From the NCBI RefSeq assembly GCF_009914755.1, contig NC_060930.1: a stretch of 64,000 nucleotides of DNA. One strand, 5' to 3'. The notes under the pieces are model-generated. The model saw only the letters and a list, made by a program, of their open reading frames with translations, was not told where the DNA came from and made no database searches. Shown piece after piece: positions 1 to 12,255 of the stretch (its first letter is position 1; each line of letters begins with the position of its first letter). The DNA comes from the human T2T-CHM13v2.0 reference genome, Homo sapiens. Both the position numbers and the translations under genes were made by a program.

Positions 1-199
1 CTCTCTTATAAGTGGGAGCTAAACATTGAGCACATATGGTCATAAACATGGGAATAATAAACACCATGGAATACTAGAGAAGAGAGGGAGGGTGGGGTGC
101 ATGGGTTGAAAAACTACCTATTGGGTACTACACTTATGACCTATCTAACAATCCTGCATGTGTATCCCCTGTATCAAAAATAAAAGCTGAAATTTAAAA
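1..199 (+). mobile_element. L1 3' end (old L1PA/L1PB-type)
   Basis: ataagtgggagctaaacattgag...gggttgaaaaactacctattgggtac...aataaaagctgaaatttaaaa matches a primate L1 3' UTR with polyA signal. Confidence 0.85.
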
Positions 200-204
200 C
201 TATA

Positions 205-642
205 TATAAATTTACCATTTTAACCATTTTTTAAGTGTACAGTTCAGCGGCATTAATCACATTCACATTGTTGTGCCCATCACCACCATTCATCTTGAGA
301 ACTTTCTCATCTTCCCAAAGAGAAAACCACATTAACCAATAACTCCCTATTCCTCCTTCCCCCAGCCCCTGAGAACCACTATTCTACTTTCTGTTTCCAT
401 GAATTTGACTACTTTAGGTACCTCATACAAGTGGAACCATACAGTATTTGTCGTTTTTTGGCTGGCTTATTTCAGTTAGCATGTTTTCAAGGGTCATCCA
501 TGGTATACTATGTGTCAGAACTTTATACTTTTTGATGACTGGATATATCATTGTATGTATAAATCACATTTTGTCATTCATTTATCTGTTGATGGTCATT
601 TGGGCTGTCCCACCTTTTGGTTATTGTGAATAATGCTGCTAT
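205..642 (-). mobile_element. L1MB-type 3' end, interrupted by an LTR and resuming at ~1123-1140
   Basis: aagtgtacagttcag...ggtacctcatacaagtggaaccatacagtatttgtc...gtgaataatgctgctat; the continuation atgaacattggtgtg follows the LTR. Confidence 0.85.
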
Positions 643-1122
643 TGCTGCCGAATGCCAGGTATTTGGCCTAGGTCCTGTTATTTCCTGCACAGAAAGCCAA
701 TAACTGAAACAAGGAGTATTGTAAGAGAAGAAAGGCATTATGATGTGTGATGTCAGCCAGAGAGACGGAAGACCAGTCTCTAATCCATCTCTCTCCCCTG
801 ACTAAAGTTGGAGCTTTATTAATATATAGCATGGAAGGAAAACAGTAGGGTTAAGGAAAAGGAGTTGGTCAACAGGCATCAGGTAGTCAAATGAGGGGGT
901 CTAGCATCTCTCTGTAATCACATGTGGAAAATGGAAATTAGAGAGAAGTAAGAAAGACAAGCCAATCAACAGGCAGCAGGTATATCTTACTGTCTGGTGT
1001 GGTGATCTGGAAAGCCTTAGTTCCCCACTACCACCCAGGAGACCTGGCAGTCAAAGGAACTCAGATAAGACAAATTTAAGTTTCTCAAATTTCAGTTCTA
1101 TGGAAAAATTGGACCAGTTTCA
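643..1122 (-). mobile_element. ERV1-class solo LTR (MER31-like)
   Basis: TG...CA termini (tgctgccgaa...ccagtttca); ctaggtcctg...gcacagaaagccaat and aaggaactcagataagacaaa blocks; splits the L1 at gctgctat|gaacatt. Confidence 0.7.
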
Positions 1123-2308
1123 TGATGAACATTGGTGTGATAACTGTTTCTTAATCATTTTAAAAATTCACTTTTCTTCTTAAAAAAATTAAACACAGAG
1201 TTTACACATGTCATCTATTCTGTTAAGTGTAATATAAAATGGAAGAATAATCCAAACTTCTCACTTCCCCAATTTAATGAACAAATTGGTGATATAATTG
1301 TTAACTGATATTGTTACTTTTAGACATATTTGAATGTACTTTTTAAAATGTTACTAATGTTATTGATTGCAAAAAGAAACTATTTTACAGATTATGATCA
1401 GTTTTAAACATTAGACAAATTCTTTCTTTCTATTCTTTCTTTCACGTACACAAACATCTATCCCAAATGTCAGCATTTTGAAAAGAAAAAGCTGAAAAAA
1501 TGGTGACATGAGAAATAGAAAATTAAATTAATAAGCAGAGTAGGTTTCCCTATGCCCTCCTGTTGATTGAATTAAGTTGTATCTAAAGAGATTGCCCTAA
1601 AAGTCACCAAAATCTAGTTTTCATGTTTAATATTTTTATCATTCTATCATAATGTCTCTCTTTTCACAGAAATGAGAGAAAATACACTAATCGAAACTAA
1701 AGTCCTAGGTCAAAAGGCATGATTATTAATCCTTCAGTGATCTTAGACATATCCATTTCTTTAAATAAAGAGGCAAATGCACCCTTCTAAGGTATAATCT
1801 TTGATAAGTATATCTCAATTTTTGAGAAACATCTCAAACAATCTTTGAGAACTATATTTCTAATACAGTTGGAAATTTTTTTCTTCTTTGAAATAACTGT
1901 GTAATTTAACACAGTGAATTAAATATCTTGTGCCCCAATCACTAGTGTATTTTGTGATTTTTATTTCCCCAAATTTCTGATTCATGTCTGACCACTGAAA
2001 TCTTTTCCTGTTGATATTTGAACATTAATATCTGACCCTTTCCCTCAGTATCATTTTTTTTCTTGCCTTCTCCCTATCCCCACGCCAAATCTTTTGTTCC
2101 ACATTACTGAGTTGTAAAGACGACTTTACAAGTTCAGTGCTTGTCAGGGTGTTAGCAAGAGCATCCAAAATAAACCTAGTGGGTAGCATTTACAGATAAA
2201 CTACATCATCATGAATATGGATGTGAAAATAATTGAGTTTGAAAACTTAGAAATTCACAAGTGCTACAGCTAAATCTTTTAAAAAGATATTTAGTATTTT
2301 ACTGTTTC

Positions 2309-2382
2309 TGCCTTTTAATGAGCTAAATACTGTCCAATTCTTCTATGCCTTTTAATGAGCTTAATACTCTCCAAATCTTCTA
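2309..2382. repeat. 37-bp tandem duplication (2 copies)
   Basis: tgccttttaatgagctaaatactgtccaattcttcta vs tgccttttaatgagcttaatactctccaaatcttcta, 34/37 identical. Confidence 0.95.
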
Positions 2383-3229
2383 TTGTGACATTTCTCATAC
2401 ATTTAAAAATGACAGTTGAAAAATCTCTACAAATGATAACCTGGCCCATTACTATAAAACCCACAAACACTGGTGCATCTACATATTCTCAGAATTAAAA
2501 GTTTGTAATAAGGGTTACTTAAAAGACAATTTTGTTATTCTCTTCTTTACCACTTGACTGATAAAACAAGTAACTGGAAATGTGGTTCTGATTATATTAT
2601 TCTGACAGATACCTCTTCTATTTCCAGTATAAAGTGAGGACAATCCTATGAGGTACTTTCATAGGTGTGAAGTTATAAAGTTACTAGACCTTAAAACTTT
2701 TGTTGATAAGACAACCAAGAGCTCAAGGAGTCAGTACACTTGCCCAATAAAAAAACAGCAAGCTTGTGGCTAAATATTTTTTCAAAATTGACTTTACTTA
2801 ATCAACCTCTCCTTAAGTCCTTATTCTACTCTCATGTAAGCACATAATCCCAAAATAAAGGATTTTGGCTTGAATTCGGTAGACTAATACAAATACTCTG
2901 TAATCCAGACATGCCAAAGGTAAGATGGACTAGCAAACAAACAAACAAGAAAATATTTTTCATCTCTGAAATTGCATAAATTGGTGGTGATCTACATTTA
3001 TCACTATTTTAAGGTTATGATTTCTATACTTAGAAAAATGATTACAAAGCTAAGTAGTTAAATCATAAATTTCTTTTCACCCCTTTCTACACAAACGTCA
3101 AAGTTCTTATGAATCACAGAGCAATCTATGATATTTTTCCAGTTAAAATTGGATTTACTTCCTTCAATTTCAAACTGGTTATATGTTCCAGCTATAGGGT
3201 TGTCTCAAGCCCGTATTTTATTGTCTCTC

Positions 3230-3400
3230 AGAGCCAAACCCACTTGCCTTTTCCTTACTTTGTGGTGCTAGATCTAAATTCTGCAAACTCCTTTATTTCT
3301 TTGCCAGCTGATTTGATACTAGGCTCTGCCAATAGAAGGTGTCTGAGGGAAAAGCCTCAATTTGAGGAGAAAGAGACGATTTTTCAGTAGTATCTGCCCT
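3230..3400. mobile_element. Old ERVL LTR fragment (LTR33-like)
   Basis: ctgcaaactc...tttgccagctg...taggctctgccaatagaagg resembles LTR33-family sequence. Confidence 0.5.
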
Positions 3401-3644
3401 GTAACTTCAAGAGATTAGGAATCTTTTAGGAATGCTGTGGAATTCTCTGTCTCTCAAACTGTGATTTGAGCCAAGCTTATTTTCTTTCTCTAAGTACTCA
3501 AGTGCACTCTAATAGAATCTATCACACACTGCGGTCAATGTTGTTTGTCATCATTGCTACTATAATGTTAATCTCCTAACTGGACTTTTACAAATATTTT
3601 ATCTTCAAGTCAATGTTTTATCAAACATTTCTGTAGCCTTCAGT

Positions 3645-5032
3645 CTACATCAAATAAAAATGATATAAAAAGACTGGGCTCAGGCAGTGGTGGATCAATC
3701 TCCTTTTACACTGACTTCTTCATTGCCTCCTGTCCTTCAATCTACTCCTATAACCTCATGTGTAGTTTCTTATTACCGGTTGACTGAGGAATAAAAACTC
3801 AATCCTGGTTTGAAAATGGGAAAGATAACTACAGAATTGGACCTAATGGGCAGTGGCAAAATAAAAAAAATTATAGAACTTCAATGGGACATTTGATTGT
3901 CTACTGAATTGAAAGAAAGCCAAAAGTAAAGATCTACACTGGTGCGTACGTTGTTGCTAATTGTTTAAATGGATGAATCAGAGACTTTGAAAGAACAGGG
4001 TTGGAATATCAGTAACAAAAAGTCTGGGAAAATGTCATGTGAATAGACCACTCAGAATGGCCTCAAAGAGAAAAAATGGCTGTGTCCCATTTAAAAAAAT
4101 ATTCACCAAAGGACATCCACTGCAAAAGAAGCAATCACTAATTAAGTGAACAAAATAACACATTCTGTGACTGTCAGTCACTCCTTTCCCCAGATACCCC
4201 AGAGCATGCTTAATAGGCCTAAGAAAAAAGTAGCCACGCTGCAAGAAATAGACAGTATATGTGGTTTTAACAACATGGACTTATTTTTGCCAAAGGTGAC
4301 CTGGCTACAATTGCTGTTGAATGTTGAATCCAACAACAGAGATCAATACTGAGCCCTCAATATATCATCTTTCCTTGGGAGGAACAGCCAGCCATTTGAT
4401 TGCATGTTGATTACATTAGGCCCCTTTTATTTTGAAGAGGTAGAGATTCATCCTCACTGGAATAGACAAATATTTTGGAGATGGATTTTCTTTCCCTGTC
4501 CACAATGTTTCTGCCAATATCACCACCTATGAATTCACAGAATGCCTTATTCTCCATCATGGTATTCTGCAAAGCATTGCTTCAAATTATTCTACAGTAA
4601 AGAACTGCAGCAATGGGTTTATGAACAAAGAATTAACTGGTCATACAACATACTTCATCTTCCAGAAGTGGTTGGACTCAGAGAAAGATGAATTGGCTTA
4701 TTAAAAATAGCTTCATTTGGAAGACCACACCCTCTTTGTCTTACAGGAGACAAATACACGGTGTTTTCTCCCCTATATTCAAAATATATGGTCCAAGAAT
4801 CAACGAGTGAAAGTAGAGTAAACCTTCTCACTAATATGCCACAGAACATCAGAACTGCAGGTCTGAGGGGAATGGTTCCACTGGGAACACAAAAATGAAT
4901 CCACTGATGTCAAAGCTGAGACTTTTACCTGGCCATTTGGCATGTCTTATGCCACTGAAGCAATAAACAAAAAGGGGAATTACCCTAATGGCTGAAATGA
5001 TTGAACTGAACTACCAGGGAGAAATTGAGTTT
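3645..5032 (+). mobile_element. Highly decayed ERVL-class internal pol (RNase H, integrase, dUTPase-like)
   Basis: Frameshifted remnants: gttgctaat (VAN) near 3953, gttgattacatt (VDYI) at 4406, ctcactggaatagac (LTGID), catggtatt (HGI) near 4558, cctggccat...gaactaccagggagaaatt (YQGEI). Confidence 0.85.
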
Positions 5033-5034
5033 CT

Positions 5035-5193
5035 CGTGGACTTCACCCCTTCTACTTTTTCCCTTTGCTAATTTTAACCTGTATCCTTTGTCTGTAGTAC
5101 AATGTGGCTGTAAACGCCACAGTTTTTTTGAGTTCTGTGATTCTTTCTAGTGAATCATCAAGCCTGAGAGTGGTCTTGGGGTCTTTTGACTCA
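5035..5193 (+). mobile_element. MER21-family LTR 3' part
   Basis: ttccctttgctaatttt...tgtatcctttg...gagttctgtga...agtgaatcatcaagcctgagagtggtcttgggg. Confidence 0.7.
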
Positions 5194-5199
5194 GTCCTG

Positions 5200-5475
5200 T
5201 AGTTCAATGTAGATTAGATGTGGTGTAGTGAGCGTCTGTCCCTGTGCTATCTATTACCATACAAAAGATTCTTACAACTTTTCTCCCTTAAGTATCTTAT
5301 GTGCTATAGTCTTATTTTTTATTATTTTGTAGATACTCTTTGTACCCCTTGTAGAACTATAGAAAGTTCCCTTCTATTCCTAGTTTGCTAAGAATTACAT
5401 CATAATTGTTAAATTTTAGAAATTTTTTTCTCCATCTGCCAAAAGGAACATGCTTTCTTTTGCCTTAATCTGAGA
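5200..5475 (-). mobile_element. Old L1 (L1M) ORF2 fragment
   Basis: gaaagttcccttctattcctagtttgctaaga is a typical antisense L1 ORF2 motif. Confidence 0.65.
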
Positions 5476-5489
5476 GTCTAGCCCTTTGG

Positions 5490-5935
5490 TTTCAGTTAGC
5501 TGTTGTAGTAATAATGCTTCAAAAAGATCCTAACTCAATGTCTTCAAACAACAATATTTTATATGGTTCACCCATTTGTAGGGCTGCTTGAATGGCTCTT
5601 CCAAGCTCATCTATACTTGGCTGCCGACTGTGGAATTGATTTAAGTGTGTTCCACGTTGTTCTCATTTTTCTGGGACCAACAGACTACACAGAGCATAAT
5701 CTTCTCCTGGCAATGATAGAAGCACAAAAAGGTAAGTGGAAATACACAGTGCCTCTTAAGATTTGGCATCTGAACTGGGCATATTTTATTCTTGTCCATA
5801 TTCTATTGGCCAAAGTCACACATCCAATGGGCCATGGAAATATATTCCACTTCTATTTTGAGAAACCACAAAATCCCATATCAAAAGATATGGATACAGG
5901 GAAGGATGAGAAATCTGGAACAATAATTCCATGAA
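5490..5935 (-). mobile_element. Old MaLR LTR (MLT1I-K-like)
   Basis: tcagttagctgttg...cttcaaacaacaatattt...attctattggccaaagtca...atggatacagggaagg. Confidence 0.7.
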
Positions 5936-6164
5936 CCAAAAGATTCTTAGCTGTATGTAACAGTTAACATTTTCAACTCACTCCTATTCCTTGCATCTTA
6001 TTCCAGTAATCCATTAAGCCCAAGCTCATTAATAAACACATTGTATTCAAGTACCTATTTCATATAAGAAATGTTGCTCTGTAGTTGTCACTATTTGTAT
6101 ATAAGCTATCTTTTCTCTTTTGTTGATTTTAAGATATTTTTCTGTCATTGATATTCTCCCGTTT

Positions 6165-7635
6165 AAAAATGGCTAATAATTTTCTGAAATTTGCGGCAAG
6201 CAAAAAACTAAAGATCCAGAAAGCTCGGAGAACACTAAGCAGGATAAATACAAAAATATCTACACCTCAGCATATTACATTCACATTCAACAACCAAAGA
6301 TCAAGAAACATGTTAGAAAAGAACCCGAAGAAGAAAATTACCTAATCTGTAAAGGAATAAACATAAGAATGACATTCAGATTAATCTTCAGAAATCATGC
6401 AAGCAAGAAAAGAGTGAAATGAAATATTTGATGTGTTGAAAGAAAAAAAATCATTAACCTAGATTATTTAATCTCTAAAATTACCCTTCAAAAGTAAAGA
6501 AAAAATAACTTTCTCAGAGAAGCAAAAATTGAGAAAATTTGTCAACAGTATACCTGCCTTGCAAGAAATCTTAAAAGTTCTTCAGAGAGAAGAAAAATTA
6601 TGTAGGTCAAATTTGTATCTACATAAAGAAAGGAAGAGTATCAGATAAAAATAAATGAAAATAAAATATTTTTATTCTTAATTGATCTAACAGATACAAA
6701 TTTTCTCAAAATAACAATAGCAACAATATATTCCATGATTATAGCTTAAAGATAAATGAAATTAATGACAACTATATTATAAGGGATGGAGGGAAGTACA
6801 TGCATTACTCATAAACTGTTATAGTTTTATTTCAAAGTGGACTTAGATTTGTTGTAAATTTAGAACTTATATGCTAAGACAGGAGAAAAAATAGAATCAT
6901 AAAATGCTAAATTAAAACTGGAGATTAAAGGAAAAGACTGGAAGATGAAAAAACAAAGAGTAGATCACCTAATAGAAAACAGTTACAAATATGATATATA
7001 CTAAACCAACTATATAAATACGTACTTTAAATGTGAATGATGTAAATATACCAATTAAAAGGCAAAGGCTATGTAAGAGTAGATTTTAAAAGAACAAGAT
7101 CCAACTATATCTTGTCTGTAAGAAAACTACTTTAAATGCAAAGACATGGATTAAAAAGTAAGGGATGGAGAAAGAGATACCTTACTACACACTTATCAAG
7201 AGAAAGCTGGAATAGTTACATCAATTTCAGACAAAGTAAACTTCCAGAGTGAAGAAAATTATGAGGGATAAGAAGGGAGATTGCATAATGATAAAATATC
7301 AATTATTTCAGAACACACAACTATCCTTAAGGTGTAGCATCTAACAACACTGCATCAAAATACATAAGGCAAAAAGTAACAGAACTTGAAGGAGAAATAG
7401 ATGAATCACTATTATAATTGGATTTCCACATCTGTCTAATCAATAATTGACAAATACAGTAGGCAAAAAATCAGTGAGGATGTAGTTGAACTAAATCAAT
7501 CAACTGGATATAATTAACATTTATAGAATGCTTCATCAAACAGCGAAACACACATTCTTCTCAAAGTCACATAGAATAGTCATCAAGATAGACCACATGT
7601 TGGGCTAACATAACTTAACAAACTTTAAAGAATAA
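6165..7635 (+). mobile_element. Old L1 (L1MC/MD-type): ORF1 3' half, spacer and ORF2 endonuclease region
   Basis: KIQKARRTLSRINTKISTPQHI-like ORF1 remnant; ttaaatgtgaatg, atccaactatatcttgtctgtaagaaa and caagatagaccacatgttggg are ORF2 EN motifs. Confidence 0.9.
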
Positions 7636-7639
7636 AAGT

Positions 7640-9180
7640 AAATTTAACATGGTTTTTGTAGGATGTATGCATCTTTTGACATACACAAATTAGCATTAAG
7701 CATCCACAAACTAGGGAAAAAGGAGTTTTAAATTAATGAGTTGCACTGAATTTAAAGATGAAAGAAAACCAATTATATATTTACCTCTTGGAGAGTACAG
7801 TTGTAATCTTTCAGAAAATAAAGTTGTTTACAAATGGAATAGACAATTTGATTTGATAAGAAATGTTATACTTGAGAATGGAGAAAATCTTTTATTTGCA
7901 TGTGATATCCAGTAACCGCCATTTATCAAACGAAAAATATGGAAAGGAGCACAAAAAAACTAGTATACATCACAGTTTTTAAAATGAAAGTTAGACATTT
8001 TGTATTGAAAGTCCCAACTAAGCAGTGTTAAATTGACATTTTTGTTTATCACTTGGTGTTTGATTATACCATTTGGTGGTATTATGAAACTATTGAAATT
8101 TGGCTTTATTTTTCCTGAAACTTTAAAAATACAGAAAGAATAGAAACAAGCATTTCTTTCACATTTATCATGGCACCTGAATTATCAAATTCTCCACAAT
8201 AGTTTGGTGAAATTCATAACCATCTTTAATCAACTGAAAAGCTTTCTGTGTAAGTTCAAATCTTTTGTATGGAAATGTTTTGCAGCTACTTCTGATCTAA
8301 ATAGAAAAGATATTCCTCATCATTTTCACCACAGACTGAGACATCTTTCTAGGAACAGTTCACAAAATATCACAAAAAAGAGTTTGCTCTGGTATATAAG
8401 TTGGTCTTACAATTTGTTGAAGTTGCTCCATCGATTTGTAAAGATTTTGGGATTAAAGATTTCATGATATTGGAATGTCTCATCTATGATACCTACACTT
8501 GTAAAAAGTTACTCTGGAAATTTTTCATAATTGAATAGTGTGTCTTCTTTTATATTCGTTATAAAATCCATTAGTTCTACTGATATTCATAATTTCCTTT
8601 CTGAAGAAAAAACTATCTGAATAGTTGGTTTTTTTAGGCCAACAGTACACTGATAGTCTCTAGTAAATGAACCATGTATTTCTCCATCTTCTATTCTCCA
8701 AGAAACAGTAGCTGTTTTTCAAGGCAAACGATCATACTCAAAAAAGGCCAAAAATTAAAAAAAAAATAAAATTTTAAGATATATAATAGATAGACCACAA
8801 ATATCACCACATATTTTGAACAGCATTCAAGCACTAGTGAAATATTTTGACTGACAGATTTCTTCAGACTTCAAGCATAGGCCTCTGATTTTTGTGTTAA
8901 TTCTTACCGGGCTTTGGCCCCTTCACTTCCAGCAGCCAAGGGATGCTGCTGCTGACATTGCTGAGTTTATCTTGATCTTCCATCACCCAACTGCCACTTA
9001 TCTCCAAGGTTCTGCCACTCATCTCCAAGGTTCTGCCACTCATCTCCAAGACTCACTCCTCTGTATCTCCCCATTCCAGCTCAGAGAATCGGCAAAGCAG
9101 CAGTGACACAGCATGGTAGGGGCCCCAACCCCTGATTTCTCCTTAGCTCCCTCTTCCTTGCTGAAGTCACAGGAAGCCCT
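7640..9180 (-). pseudogene. Candidate decayed processed pseudogene, parent not recognised
   Basis: No TE similarity recognised; on the minus strand a GC-richer, CpG-decayed 5' part (9180-8905) runs into ~1.2 kb of AT-rich sequence with long stop-poor stretches; no polyA tail or TSD seen. Confidence 0.4.
8991..9050. repeat. 21-bp tandem repeat, ~2.9 copies
   Basis: ctgccact(t/c)atctccaaggtt units at 8991, 9012 and 9033. Confidence 0.95.
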
Positions 9181-9207
9181 TTATTTCTATAATCTGCTTA
9201 AATATAC

Positions 9208-9569
9208 TGATATAGTTTGGCTGTGTCTCCACCAACATCTCATCTTGAATTGTAGCTCCCATAATTCACACATATTGTGGGAGGGACAAGGTGGGAGGCA
9301 ATTGAATCACAGGGATGGGTCTTTCCCATGCTATTCTCATGATAGTGAATAAGTCTCCTGAGATCTGATGATTTTATAAATGGCAGTTCCCCTGCACACG
9401 CTCTCTTGCCTGACACCATGTAAGATGTGTCTTGCTTCCCCTTCACCCTCTGCCATGATTGTGATACCTCCCCAGCCATGTGTAACTGTGAGTCCATTAA
9501 ACCTCTTTTCTTTATAAATTACCCAGTCTCAGGCATGTCTTTTTAGCAGCATCAGAACAGACTAACACA
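9208..9569 (+). mobile_element. THE1B/C solo LTR
   Basis: tgatatagtttggctgtgtc...ctcatgatagtgaataagtctc...aaattacccagtctcagg...gactaacaca. Confidence 0.92.
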
Positions 9570-9849
9570 TGTAGTTATTTTATAGTTTCATTCATATTAT
9601 TCAATAATTTCAAAACTCTCTGTTTCTTTCTTTGGTTTATTTTCTCCTGCAATTTGCTGTTTCATATTGAGAGTTCATCTTTCATGGAGCTAAAACATTC
9701 CTGGGTCATTTTCACTCATGTAAGCACATGATATGTGCAATATAAACATGGTTCTGCAGACCTGAAACTTCATGACTGAGGGAAAGACAAGAGAAGCTGG
9801 GGACAGCTAGACAGAAGTATAGATAAATTCAAAGACAAAGTAGAGTGGC

Positions 9850-10184
9850 TGTCTGAGTCCATTTTGGCTACTATGACAAAATACTAGACTAGTTAATTTA
9901 TAAACAACACAAATATTGCTCACAATTCTGGAGGCTAGAAAGTTTATGATCAAGGTGCCAGGAGATGCAGCATCTGGTGAGGGTCCATTCCTCACAGATG
10001 GCACCTTCTATTGTGCTCACTTGGTGAAAAGGGCAGTCTCCCTCAAGCCTATTTTGTGAGGGCACTAATCCTAACATTCATGAGGGCTCTGTCCTCAAAG
10101 CCTAATCACTTCAAATTCTGTCACATTGGGAATTAAGTTCCAACATACAAATTTTAGAGGATCACATACATTCAGACCATGGCT
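9850..10184 (-). mobile_element. MLT1A-type solo LTR
   Basis: tgtctgagtccatt...ttctggaggctagaaag...gatcaaggtgccag...gagggcactaatc...cattcagaccatggc. Confidence 0.85.
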
Positions 10185-10489
10185 ATAGTACAAAAAACTT
10201 TTATAGAAGAATGAGATTTCAAAAGAAAATGGGGAGTACAAGTTCTTGTTTATACCTTAATAAATAAATCACTGTAATTTAAAAGCAATTTGGGAACAGA
10301 AAGTATTAGCCTGAGCACAGTTTGGTGAAAATTATTTTGGCAGCTGTGTCCAATACCAGTTATAGCAGGGAGAAGGTGACTGTAGAAAGTCCAACAAGAA
10401 GATAATGGACATGCTCTAAATGAAATATGACGAATGCAAGACAATTTGATAGTATGGGTAGAAAAGAGGAGAAATCAGAGCACGGAGTA

Positions 10490-10940
10490 TTATTTCACAA
10501 ATATTTTTTGTGTGTCTAAAACATGCCAGATTCTCTACTGAGTGCTGAGAATACTATGTTAAACAAAATCATCATGGTCTTTGTACTCATAATGCTTACC
10601 AGCAAGATGAAGAACATGAAAGAAGGCTTCCCTGAGAAACTCATTTATCTAAAGGATAAATTGGAGTTAGCCAAGAACAGGTTGGAGGTGGGTGGAACAT
10701 GTGAAAAATACTAATTTTAATCAGGTTAACTCTGTAAAGTCTTGGCTACGTTACTATCATTCATGTTCCAGTACCTCATCATTCACTCATGCAACAAATA
10801 TTTATTGAACAGTTTACTCTGTACCAGTCATAATTCCAAGTGCTGGGGATACAATGAAAAAAAAAATCTTAAAGTATGGCGGAGGAGAGAGAAAAGTAAA
10901 TTTACCATTTAAACATATTATGATAAGTGCTGTAGTTCCA
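10490..10940 (-). mobile_element. L2 3'-end fragments
   Basis: cattcactcatgcaacaaatatttattgaac...gtgctggggataca, plus a similar block at ~10495-10600. Confidence 0.7.
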
Positions 10941-12042
10941 GGAAAGAAATAGCATTAACAATAGTAACAGTATCTCTAATTACAAAATTAATACTATTAT
11001 TACCAAGTTCCTGAGAATCATCTTCACAGTAGATTTTTACATTACATTAAACATCATATACAAGAAAATACAGTTATAGGGATGTAAAAGATGATTAGAG
11101 CAGTTTGCGCTAATTCCTGGTGGGAGTCCATAGGCACAGTGATTACATGGGCACTATCATCTCAGCACAAAGAGGCCCAGGTAGGGTGAGAAGTGTCAAT
11201 TCTTGTTTCAGCTTTGAGACTAACTCCTGCTGCCTTCATTTCAAACAGAGAATAAAAATCACATAAGAAGCCCTTTCATAAACAGCAGGATAAAAAGTAA
11301 GGGGGGACTAAAAACTAAATGTAAATCTGATGCTACCCAAGGCACTAAATTTAAGCTGCTTATCCTCTGAGAGAAGCGGTTGTTTTGCCAGCAATATTCC
11401 TTGTCGTGGTGAGTGGCCATGCTGAATAACCACAGGCTTTGGGAATAATTGATGGCAGGAGGCTGGAGACTACTATAAATCCATCCTCCTGGTCATCACC
11501 AGAGCTCAGCAGATAATTTTTGCATCTTTATAACACTTATTTGGCTATCTCCTACCACCAAAATTGGATAGATAATGTCTCACCTTCTATTTATTTAGCA
11601 CTAACACATTTAGGGTGCCAACTGCAGAATTCTCAGGAAACTGTAGTGCTCATGGAATTCTGCCAACAGTCTAAGAAGGTTCTAAAGGGCTTGGCTGAGA
11701 AAAAGAATCATTTGAGTGTAATTCCATCCAGCATGAAAGGTCACACAAGTCAAGATCCGCTGCCAAAATGCTGCTACTGAGGATTAATTAATATCAATTG
11801 AGCATCCAAGAGTGTCTGGCATTTTACCAAGGCTGCCTTTCTCACTCCTCCCCTGCTAAAACAGTTGTGGAGATTAAAGCTAGCAGGGCCAATGGATGCT
11901 CACCTCTCTGGCCATAATAGAATGGAAAAGAGCTGATGTGTACAGTGGTAAGCCCTTCTCTACTTTTAGGCTGACAAAATCAGTTTTACAGCCTTTTATT
12001 TAGGACAAGTTTCACTTTTCCACTCAAAGATAAATAAACAAA

Positions 12043-12255
12043 ATAACTAAAATTTATTGAGTTCTAACTGTGTGCCAGACCCTGGGTTGGGTACATTTTA
12101 TATGTTTAATCATAGAGCCTTCACAATAGGCCCACAAAGTAATGTCATCTTCATTTTACACATAAGGGAACTGATACTTTAAGTGTTGGCCTAAGTCACA
12201 AATCATGAATTGTCTACCTCCACTGCCAATTCTATGCTCCTTCCCCATGCCTCAC
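12043..12255 (-). mobile_element. MIR
   Basis: atttattgagttctaactgtgtgccag...cattttacacataagggaactga...cctaagtcaca. Confidence 0.75.

Noticed and set aside
7640-8900. DNA transposon (piggyBac/hAT) transposase fossil
   Set aside because: No terminal inverted repeats or DDE-like motifs found by eye; kept only as an alternative for the retrocopy-like segment.
8991-9050. CRISPR-like array
   Set aside because: Head-to-tail units with no spacers, in a mammalian genome; an ordinary minisatellite.
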